A stretch of DNA of 64,000 bases. Source: a virus (taxonomy: Duplodnaviria > Heunggongvirae > Uroviricota > Caudoviricetes). A model generated the notes under the pieces. It was not told where the DNA came from. It was given only the letters and a program-made list of their open reading frames with translations, and searched no databases. The DNA lies in the IMG/VR virus record IMGVR_UViG_3300037471_001733, positions 22,201 through 86,200 of that record. One strand, given 5' to 3'. Position 1 is the stretch's first letter, and every line of letters starts with the position of its first letter. The position numbers and the translations under genes are program-made. Positions 18,187-25,278 of this stretch are shown in pieces.

Positions 18187-18318
18187 TCAGTGCGCCGCAC
18201 GAATGGCGGCAATGTCTGCATGGATCAGCGCGCGGACTTGCAGGCGGCGCACGAGGGATTGATCGTTGCGCATGGGTAGCAGAACCCGCAGCGCATACAT
18301 AAGAGAGAAACGAGACAT
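18187..18318 (-). CDS. Possible 43-aa leader ORF of the leftward operon
   Basis: MSRFSLMYALRVLLPMRNDQSLVRRLQVRALIHADIAAIRAAH; RBS AAGGGG; its TGA lies inside the CTGAGGAGCGAACC-ATG junction of the next gene. Confidence 0.3.
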   Translation of the reverse strand: MSRFSLMYALRVLLPMRNDQSLVRRLQVRALIHADIAAIRAAH

Positions 18319-18366
18319 CTCAACCCCTTGCCACTGATTACGCGCGGCGCCGTTTGGTATGTCTCT

Positions 18367-18395
18367 AATGTAGGCGATACGACTACATGATGCAA
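18367..18395 (-). promoter_or_regulatory. Leftward sigma70-like promoter with palindromic operator O1 in its spacer
   Basis: Minus strand TTGCAT-N17-TACATT; the spacer contains the palindrome ATGTAG-N9-CTACAT (18368-18388). Confidence 0.55.
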
Positions 18396-18660
18396 GCCCT
18401 TGCGCAAACTTTTTTCATGCGCCATGGCGGCGCGGCTGCACGTATATTGATAGTGCTGCGCCGCATAGGTGCGGCTTTGCTTTGCCTGCTCGCTTTTGCC
18501 TGCTGGTGCTGCAGCATGGGCACGAGTGCCTGCGCCATGGATGCGCCGCACTGGTCTGCGCGCCGTGCGCCGCCTCGTGCTGATCAGCTGCGCCGCCGGT
18601 CGAGCTGGTGCGCGACGTTGAGCGGCTGCCTCGTGCTGGCAATCGAGCGAGTGCGCGACC

Positions 18661-18770
18661 TGGCGCACCCCCTCTGATGGAAACACAGGCAACCCCCTGG
18701 AGTGGAAACACAGGCCAGGCGCACCCTCTCCACGGGAATTACGGAACCCCCTGAGATGGAAACAGGAATT
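18661..18770. repeat. Four tandem direct repeats of about 27 bp between the divergent promoters
   Basis: GCGCACCCCCTCTGATGGAAACACAGGC / CCCCCTGGAGTGGAAACACAGGCC / GCGCACCCTCTCCACGGGAATTACGG (degenerate) / CCCCCTGAGATGGAAACAGGAATT. Confidence 0.6.
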
Positions 18771-18784
18771 CACAAATAAACTAC

Positions 18785-18813
18785 TTGCGTTCTGTAGTCG
18801 TTGCGCCTACATT
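18785..18813 (+). promoter_or_regulatory. Rightward sigma70-like promoter with palindromic operator O2 in its spacer
   Basis: TTGCGT-N17-TACATT; the spacer contains CTGTAG-N9-CTACAT (18792-18812), about 60 bp upstream of the 18873 gene. Confidence 0.55.
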
Positions 18814-18872
18814 GGACACATCGCAGCACTGCTGCAGCGGCGCCACCCGCGACGAGTGGCACTGGAGTTGAT

Positions 18873-19547
18873 ATGTTTGGAAAATACGGCAAGCGGATTA
18901 CCGATCCTGCGGAACTGCGCGAGTATCGTTTGAGCTATGTCCCGGCCGCGCTGCGCGACCAGTGCCAGCACGTGAAGTGCAAAACCGGCGATGCTGAGGC
19001 GTGGATCTGGAGCGACAAGGGCCGCGCCTACGCGGTGGGTTTCTCCGGTCGCGGCAAACACCCGTGGTCGCGCAATGGTGGCCAGGGAGCGGCCTACTAC
19101 TTCAAAACCCCGGAAGCGCGCCGCTCCTGGGTTGCGGAACTGTTTGCAGACGCCATGGCCGACGCAAAGCGCGCCGAGGAGCGCAAGGCGCAAAAGGCCG
19201 CAGCGCGTGCAAAGCCGCACGCCTTGCAGGTGGGAGATGTGTTGCGCTCCTCCTGGGGGTACGACCAAACCAATATCGACTATTACGAGGTCACGAAGCT
19301 TGTCGGCTCACAGATGGTCGAGGTTCGGCGCATTGCCTGCCAGTCTGAGGAAACCGCGCACATGCAAGGCGTGAGCGTTCCCGCCCCTGGCCACTACATC
19401 GGCGAGCCGAAGCGTTGCAAGGTCTCCGACTACGGCAACCGCGACTCGGTCAAGGTGTCCGAGGTGGCGCACGCCTACAAGATGACCCCGCGCATCGTCG
19501 GCGGCGTCAAGGTTTTCAACTCGTCTAGCTGGACGGCCTACGCCTGA
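18873..19547 (+). CDS. Hypothetical protein (first gene of the rightward operon)
   Basis: Start moved to the internal ATG at 18873 (RBS GGAG 5 nt upstream); 224 aa; no family recognised. Confidence 0.5.
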   Translation: MFGKYGKRITDPAELREYRLSYVPAALRDQCQHVKCKTGDAEAWIWSDKGRAYAVGFSGRGKHPWSRNGGQGAAYYFKTPEARRSWVAELFADAMADAKRAEERKAQKAAARAKPHALQVGDVLRSSWGYDQTNIDYYEVTKLVGSQMVEVRRIACQSEETAHMQGVSVPAPGHYIGEPKRCKVSDYGNRDSVKVSEVAHAYKMTPRIVGGVKVFNSSSWTAYA

Positions 19548-19605
19548 TCAACCAGGGCCGCTCATGCGGCGGCCCCCTTACGTGAATTTCACAGGAGCAC
19601 CGACC

Positions 19606-19908
19606 ATGGGCACCACGACCGGCCGACTCTTCCGCACGATCCGCAGCACGGGACGTGGAAGCGACTACTTCGGCACCTGCGACCAGTGCGGCAAGCACAT
19701 GAGCGAATGCCACGTGAGCCAAGTTCAGCGCGAATATCGGCGCGACGATGGCACCACGTACACCGGGCCCGTGACCGGCGGCGCCTATGGGCATCGTGAG
19801 TGCTTGGTCAAGCACTTCGGCGAACCCGTCCCAGCGGTGACGCGCGAATCCGTGCGAGTTTCGCCCTTTACTGATCCGGCGCGCTTCCCCAAAACGCTGC
19901 GCGCCTGA
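19606..19908 (+). CDS. Hypothetical Cys/His zinc-binding protein
   Basis: 100 aa; CDQCGKH...CH...HREC; RBS AGGAG. Confidence 0.45.
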   Translation: MGTTTGRLFRTIRSTGRGSDYFGTCDQCGKHMSECHVSQVQREYRRDDGTTYTGPVTGGAYGHRECLVKHFGEPVPAVTRESVRVSPFTDPARFPKTLRA

Positions 19909-19944
19909 CCCCTTCCGTAGATTGCACAGCAGGAGCACCACACC

Positions 19945-20340
19945 ATGGGAGCAGCAGCAGAACACCGGGGCAATGCCCTGATCCGCAGGCAGGCCGGCGC
20001 AGCGCATGCCGCGCGCCAAGCCATCGAGGACGCAGCGCGCGCCGCGCAGGTGGCCGAGGACTGCAACGAGTTTGCCCGCCAAGCGTGGGCGTATCTGCTC
20101 GACCCTTCCGGCCTGCGGCAACCCGCAGTGGAGCGCGCAAAGACTCGGCGCGGCTGGGCTAAGCGCCATGCGGAACTCAGTGCCGCGCATTGCGCATGGG
20201 TTGATGCGGACCATCGCAACGCCATGGCCTACCTTAGCGCCTGCATCCGCCGCGCGAAAGCCGCGCATGCGCTACTCACATTTGCGCTGGGCGGCTGGAC
20301 GATCCCGGATCACATTGAAGTGCCGCGCGCTGCGGCTTGA
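19945..20340 (+). CDS. Hypothetical alpha-helical protein
   Basis: 131 aa; RBS AGGAG. Confidence 0.45.
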   Translation: MGAAAEHRGNALIRRQAGAAHAARQAIEDAARAAQVAEDCNEFARQAWAYLLDPSGLRQPAVERAKTRRGWAKRHAELSAAHCAWVDADHRNAMAYLSACIRRAKAAHALLTFALGGWTIPDHIEVPRAAA

Positions 20341-20453
20341 CCCCTTCCGGCGCACTCGCAAGGGTGCGCATTGCGATGCAGCCACGCGGAAGCATCGCAA
20401 TGCGCCAGCGCGCATAACGGCGCCGTCCCGGCTTGAGGCGGCAGGAGATTCAG

Positions 20454-22262
20454 ATGTCAGCACAAGACTTGATTGTTAGGATCAACGCAGCCGCCCAGGT
20501 GGCCCCGGAGCAACTGCCCAAAGGGGCGCAGCCGCGCGACCACATGATTGCCTTTGAGTACACCGACGCCCACGGCACGCGCGGCTGCATGCGCATCCTG
20601 AACACCCGGGCGCGGCTGCTGGCCTTCGCTGAGCAGGTGCGGAAGAACGCGGCAGCATTCGACGGCAAGCCGCGCAGCAAGCCCGCCGGGCCGCGCAAGA
20701 TTGCCGGCGCATCCCCGCTTTCCACGGCGCGCGCACTGCTCAAGGATGGCGCGCGGGTTGAAGCCCTCGCAGCGCTTGAGGCGCGCGGCGGGGAGGTGTT
20801 TTTCGGCGCCGCTGGCGTGCCTGTGCTGCATCAGGTTGCACAGCGCGTGGAGCACGAGGGCCGCCGCTGGGTTGTCACGCGCTGCGCCGTTGATGGTCTC
20901 ATCTACCTCATTCACGAGGCGTCCGGGCTGTCAGCAGGCGGCAAGGGCTTGCCTGAGATGCGCAGCATTGCGGATGCCCTGGCGCGGCTTGAGCTCGTGC
21001 ACCGGGACGAGGCGGAAAACGGCTACCGGCAGCGAATGATTGCTGCGATCGAGCAAGCGGCGGATTACGACCAGCAGGCGGCGCGCGCGGCTTTCGAGGC
21101 GTGCGATGGTCTCAAGAGCAAGGATGCCGCGCCGGTGGCTCAGGAAGCGTACCAGCAGGCGCGCGCGCTGTCGGCGGCGCAGGTGGCGCCCGATGTCGAG
21201 CCGGCAGTAGATGCAGACCCCTCCCCGGTGGAAAGCGAAGCCGAGGCGGCACCCCCTGTAGCGGAAACGCCTGCGGCAGCTGACACCCCTGCAGCGGAAA
21301 TCGAGTCCAGCGCGCCGGCGGTTGCGCCAGCATCCCCTCCGGCGGATTCACAGGCAGGCGCTGCACCCCCTGCGATGGAAAGCGCGCAGCCTGCGCCGCT
21401 TGCCACCGCGCCAGGCCGATCGGATGCGCTCATCGCGCGGGCCATCGCTTGGGTTGCCGTAGTCTGGGGAACCGCCAGCGTGCCGAGCGTTGCGGACTAC
21501 CGCGCCGGCCGGTGCGATGACACATTCCCGTGGGCGGGCGGCAGCCGCGCCGCCGGCTATCTGACATGGGCCGACCTCATTGGCGAGTGCATGGCCGCGC
21601 TGGAGCGCGACGACAGCGCCGACCAGGCGGCACGAGACGCCGCACTGCAACCACCGACCCCCATCCGTAGGAAAGGCCCGCGACAACATGAGCAGCACAC
21701 CCCATCCCGTGCAACCCGCAGTGCCAACCGGCCGCGAGTGGTGGACCCGCGGGCTGCTCGACTGGCACGCCGAGGCGCTGCACGCCGCCCAGGAGATCGC
21801 CGCGCTGCGCGAATCACTGGCTGCGGAGCGCGCAATGGTCCGCGAGCTGCAGGAGGCGCTCGCTGCCCGCCGGCAGGCCGCTTGACCCCTTCCCGGGGAA
21901 TCACGGCGCCACAAGCTTGCCGCCCCTGGCGCGACGCCAGCGAAACCCGAGACTGCACCCATAAAAACCTGGAGCACAGCATGACCTACACCGAAGCCAT
22001 CCAAGCCCTGCGCGACGCTATTGCGCAGGCCCCGAAGGGTGAAAAGCTGCAAGCCTTCCAAGCCAAGCGGGAGAAGATAATAGGGGCAATGCCCAAGGTG
22101 GAAATCTGTGGCGGCGAGCAGTGCATCCGCTATCCCAAGGGCTACCGCTTTGACTGCGGTCGCGAGGTCCACACGGACTGGATGTGGCAACCGTTTGCCA
22201 GCGAGGAAATCGCCATGCGGCCTGGCAACCTGCCGTACATCCTGCGCATGCCGGCTGCCTGA
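20454..22262 (+). CDS. Large ORF with acidic Pro/Ala-rich repeat linker; the 3' third is doubtful (possible frameshift or composite of two or three genes)
   Basis: No stop from 20454 to 22262, but 21650-21980 translates as Arg-rich low-complexity while another frame gives a coiled-coil ORF (21688-21885); a separate RBS plus ATG at 21981 starts a Cys-containing C-terminal domain. Confidence 0.35.
   Translation: MSAQDLIVRINAAAQVAPEQLPKGAQPRDHMIAFEYTDAHGTRGCMRILNTRARLLAFAEQVRKNAAAFDGKPRSKPAGPRKIAGASPLSTARALLKDGARVEALAALEARGGEVFFGAAGVPVLHQVAQRVEHEGRRWVVTRCAVDGLIYLIHEASGLSAGGKGLPEMRSIADALARLELVHRDEAENGYRQRMIAAIEQAADYDQQAARAAFEACDGLKSKDAAPVAQEAYQQARALSAAQVAPDVEPAVDADPSPVESEAEAAPPVAETPAAADTPAAEIESSAPAVAPASPPADSQAGAAPPAMESAQPAPLATAPGRSDALIARAIAWVAVVWGTASVPSVADYRAGRCDDTFPWAGGSRAAGYLTWADLIGECMAALERDDSADQAARDAALQPPTPIRRKGPRQHEQHTPSRATRSANRPRVVDPRAARLARRGAARRPGDRRAARITGCGARNGPRAAGGARCPPAGRLTPSRGITAPQACRPWRDASETRDCTHKNLEHSMTYTEAIQALRDAIAQAPKGEKLQAFQAKREKIIGAMPKVEICGGEQCIRYPKGYRFDCGREVHTDWMWQPFASEEIAMRPGNLPYILRMPAA
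21688..21885 (+). CDS. Alternative-frame 65-aa coiled-coil ORF inside the large ORF
   Basis: RBS AGGAAAGG; MSSTPHPVQPAVPTGREWWTRGLLDWHAEALHAAQEIAALRESLAAERAMVRELQEALAARRQAA. Confidence 0.3.
   Translation: MSSTPHPVQPAVPTGREWWTRGLLDWHAEALHAAQEIAALRESLAAERAMVRELQEALAARRQAA
21981..22262 (+). CDS. Possible independent 93-aa Cys-containing protein (same frame as the large ORF)
   Basis: RBS TGGAG 6 nt before the ATG; CGGEQC...DCGREVH. Confidence 0.35.
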   Translation: MTYTEAIQALRDAIAQAPKGEKLQAFQAKREKIIGAMPKVEICGGEQCIRYPKGYRFDCGREVHTDWMWQPFASEEIAMRPGNLPYILRMPAA

Positions 22263-22404
22263 CGCATTGTCCGGTGGCGCAGCCTTTGGCGTTCAGCGCT
22301 ATTTGAACAAGGTGCGCGGTTTAGTTCAGGCGTACTTGAATAGCGCCCCCCCATGTAGTGAAAACAGGGCATCAACCCCATCCAGCGGATACAGGAGTCA
22401 AACC

Positions 22405-22695
22405 ATGGGAAGTATCAACCTCGGCCGCCACCACGTCGCCATCAGCGATCAATGGACGATCTACACCCCTGGCCTACCTGGCTGGCAGATGCTGGGCGTG
22501 ATCACCCGCAGCAAGGGTGGCGAGCAGATCACGAAGGCGCTGGCCCGCAGCCCGAAGGGCGAGCTCTGCGCGGTGCGTGGGCTGTCAGCCGAGCCGCTTG
22601 TCCAGCGAAAGGCTGAAGCGGCGCTGGCGGCTGCGATGCGCGAGGCCCATCCGGTGGAAACAGATGGCACCCATTCCGAGGGAAACAGGGCTTGA
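22405..22695 (+). CDS. Hypothetical protein
   Basis: 96 aa from the internal ATG with RBS AGGAG; the upstream part of the track ORF is GC-rich junk. Confidence 0.45.
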   Translation: MGSINLGRHHVAISDQWTIYTPGLPGWQMLGVITRSKGGEQITKALARSPKGELCAVRGLSAEPLVQRKAEAALAAAMREAHPVETDGTHSEGNRA

Positions 22696-22719
22696 ATATG
22701 TAGGTTAAGCGCCTACACT
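22691..22719 (+). promoter_or_regulatory. Promoter of the XRE gene with palindromic operator O3 in its spacer
   Basis: TTGAAT-N17-TACACT; the spacer is ATGTAG-N9-CTACAC (22698-22718), 8 bp before the ATG. Confidence 0.5.
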
Positions 22720-22725
22720 GGCATC

Positions 22726-22956
22726 ATGAGCACCTTACCGCCGCGCACGCCAGAGAACATCAAAGCCTTCCGCCAGCGTGCCGGCTGGACGCAGGAGAAG
22801 GCATGCGAGATGGCGTGCATCCACGACCGCCAAACCTGGCGTAAGTACGAAAACGGCACGCTCAAGATGAGCGAAGAGCGCTGGCGGCTGGCGCACTTTA
22901 TGGCCAACCTGCACCCCGACTTCGACGTTCGGCCGCGTACCAAGGCTGCGGCCTAG
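22726..22956 (+). CDS. XRE-family HTH transcriptional regulator (candidate operator-binding autoregulator)
   Basis: 76 aa; IKAFRQRAGWTQEKACEMACIHDRQTWRKYENG matches the HTH_XRE pattern. Confidence 0.7.
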   Translation: MSTLPPRTPENIKAFRQRAGWTQEKACEMACIHDRQTWRKYENGTLKMSEERWRLAHFMANLHPDFDVRPRTKAAA

Positions 22957-22989
22957 CCTTCGCCCTCTGAGTACCGCCGGGAGGCGGCG

Positions 22990-23334
22990 TCAACCGTTTG
23001 GGTTCTGTGCCAGCCAAGCCCGGATCATCGCCTTGACCGCGGCGTGCAGGCCGTGTGGCGCGTAGACGCCACGCACTTCCTCGATACCTCTTTCCTTGAG
23101 CAGGGCCCTTCTTGCTCGATTCCTCTCTGTCGAGCTCTTCCCCGAAGGGGCTTTCGCGGTGGCGTTCATGAGCAGTTCCGTGCCATCGATTTTCTTCTCA
23201 GGCAAGGAGCAGGGGGCCAGTTCGCACTCTGCGGGAGCATTTGAGGGGGGCGGTTTGTTCTCGACCATTTGGCATTGACCCGTCGCGCGCGACGGTCCAT
23301 CATTCTTCGCTTTTCGACGATCAGAAGCCGCCAT
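22990..23334 (-). CDS. Hypothetical protein (weak)
   Basis: 114-aa ORF convergent with the XRE gene; no clear RBS. Confidence 0.3.
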   Translation of the reverse strand: MAASDRRKAKNDGPSRATGQCQMVENKPPPSNAPAECELAPCSLPEKKIDGTELLMNATAKAPSGKSSTERNRARRALLKERGIEEVRGVYAPHGLHAAVKAMIRAWLAQNPNG

Positions 23335-23568
23335 AAGTTGTGATGCGGCCGGAGTGCGCTAGTTGCAAGAACTATCAATTGGCATTCTCAAGGCGCAAGC
23401 GTGTCTTGCCAAGACTTTGTTGCACAGAGAGCGGCATGGATGCCGCTTTTGCGTTTGTGCAATCACCTCGAAAGGTTCCTGCCAGAGGATGCCGCCGATT
23501 GCCCACTATGGGGCAGGAACCAGTTCCACAATCGAAGCGCCACGCACTACGAAGAGTGGAGTTGCGCC

Positions 23569-24279
23569 ATGGACTGCGGCAAGAGAAGAACATGGGAGTG
23601 TGGCGTGACAACGAACTCTAAGAGGCTTTCTGGTAGACCATCTTTTAATTGGTCTATACCTGAGCCAGAAGAAGTTAAAGAAGTTAGATTGAAAGCCAAT
23701 TTGTCTCAGAGAGAAGCTTGTAATCTTTCTGGGATTAAAGAAGTAATGACTTGGAGTAATTGCGAAACTAGGAGAGCCGATGGCACTCCTAAGGCCCGCA
23801 TGGACCCAATTAGATGGGAATATTTCCTTCTAATAGTTGGACAACATTCCAAATTCGTTATTCTTCCGAGACTCGGGGTTGAACAGCCAAGAGAGGCGGC
23901 AGCTTTAACTAGGAAAGGTCCGTCTCTGCCTGGGGAGAACATTACTTTCGCAGTCGAGAGCCGAACTAGTGAAGACGAGTGGCGCTTGGTAGAAGGCGGA
24001 CAGTTCACAGCTCTGACTGCGGCATGTGTGGCCATAGACACGATGGTTGCCTGCAGGAACCTAAATGAACTAAGGGTGTCGCGTTACTCAGGTGGCGACT
24101 TCGTGATGGCAGTGCATGGGCCTGGTGTCTCTATGGACGAAGGCCCGAAGCGTTTTACCCATGCAAAGGCTGCGCCATCTCGAAGGACTGGGACTGACAG
24201 GAACGGAGCAGACCCAGGAGACCCAGATAATGATGGAAATGGAAGCAGAAATTCCAATGGTTTCGACCCTCAGGATTGA
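23569..24279 (+). CDS. HTH_XRE-domain protein with unknown C-terminal domain, in a low-GC island
   Basis: Start at the internal ATG (RBS GGAG); VRLKANLSQREACNLSGIKEVMTWSNCE is HTH-like; local GC about 45-50% against about 65% in the flanks. Confidence 0.5.
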   Translation: MDCGKRRTWECGVTTNSKRLSGRPSFNWSIPEPEEVKEVRLKANLSQREACNLSGIKEVMTWSNCETRRADGTPKARMDPIRWEYFLLIVGQHSKFVILPRLGVEQPREAAALTRKGPSLPGENITFAVESRTSEDEWRLVEGGQFTALTAACVAIDTMVACRNLNELRVSRYSGGDFVMAVHGPGVSMDEGPKRFTHAKAAPSRRTGTDRNGADPGDPDNDGNGSRNSNGFDPQD

Positions 24280-24306
24280 CATTCCCCGAAATAGGGAAGC
24301 CCAGGA

Positions 24307-25227
24307 TCAGCCACCTTGGGCATGCAGGAACCTTCGCATTTCTCGCTCCACCTCGCCGAGCATCTCGCTCATGCGGTCAAGCATGTGGCCCGCAAAGCGG
24401 CGCTGGACATCGGTCTCGCCAAGCGACTCACGAACCAGGCCGGTGCCTCGGCAGAAGCGGCACTTCATCTGCAGCGCAGAGCCGTAGGCACCCTGGGTAT
24501 CCTTCCCTCCTTTCTTGCCGACGCGCGGCTGCGATTGAAGTACCGATCCGACGCCGCAGCACGGACCACAACGGGGATTGAGCCAACTGCGCAGCACGCG
24601 GCCTGTGATCGCCGCCACAGCCTTGTCGGACAGGCTGCTTTGCTGGGCTGCCTTGGTGACCCGTCGATGCCATTCTTGATGCCGAGCTCGCAACTGCTCG
24701 TCGGTCTCGCCCTGCCGCCGTCTCGGTTCGGCCGGCAGCCGGAGTCCCTGCAGCGGGAACTTTGAGGCTTCGATGGTTGCCCAGCGGAACAGCGCGTCGC
24801 GCGCCGACTCCAGCGTCCTCAGCTTCGACAACATCAGCGCTTGCTCGGAGATCGCCTCGCGCTTAGCTTGGTCGCGCAGCGCTTCAAGGTCGGCGATCTT
24901 CTGCTCAAGCACCTCCTTGTCCTGCGCCGCCTGGCTCAGCATCAGCCGCGAAACCTCCTTCGCTGCCGACTTGATCGCCTCCTCCAGTTGGATCTGACGC
25001 CTCAAGGCCAGCGCGTGATCGCCTTTCACGCCGTCCCACTCGACGTGCAGTCTGAGCAGCAGTGGCGCAAGCGCACGCTCGGCATTGCCGCGATACCGGC
25101 TCTCGACGCAGCCGGCGGCGATGAGCAAGTCGACGTCCGTGATGCGTAGTCTGTTGACTTTCAAGCGCTTGGCAGTGATGGCCTGGCCGTACCGCTCTTC
25201 AATGGTGATAGGGGCGTCGGAAGTCAC
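24307..25227 (-). CDS. Coiled-coil protein with C-terminal DnaJ-type zinc finger (two CxxCxGxG motifs)
   Basis: 306 aa; CGPCCGVG and CRFCRGTG motifs; central heptad-rich region. Confidence 0.5.
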   Translation of the reverse strand: MTSDAPITIEERYGQAITAKRLKVNRLRITDVDLLIAAGCVESRYRGNAERALAPLLLRLHVEWDGVKGDHALALRRQIQLEEAIKSAAKEVSRLMLSQAAQDKEVLEQKIADLEALRDQAKREAISEQALMLSKLRTLESARDALFRWATIEASKFPLQGLRLPAEPRRRQGETDEQLRARHQEWHRRVTKAAQQSSLSDKAVAAITGRVLRSWLNPRCGPCCGVGSVLQSQPRVGKKGGKDTQGAYGSALQMKCRFCRGTGLVRESLGETDVQRRFAGHMLDRMSEMLGEVEREMRRFLHAQGG

Positions 25228-25278
25228 AGCGAATCCTCTCGGTCCTGCTTCAAATTTCCAGATTGACGGAGACGCCGG

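Noticed and set aside
18387-18677. 96-aa plus-strand ORF starting at the end of operator O1
   Set aside because: Cys/Trp/Arg-rich low-complexity translation typical of a random high-GC frame. It lies in the regulatory region and overlaps the tandem repeats. No RBS.
18225-18773. 182-aa minus-strand ORF across the inter-operon regulatory region
   Set aside because: Junk-like composition. It would run through both promoters and the tandem repeats and conflicts with the well-supported 43-aa leader plus coupled operon.
24307-25227. Lambda-Q-like late antiterminator (because of the zinc finger)
   Set aside because: The zinc finger is DnaJ-type CxxCxGxG, not Q-like. No lysis or late genes follow in its transcription direction.
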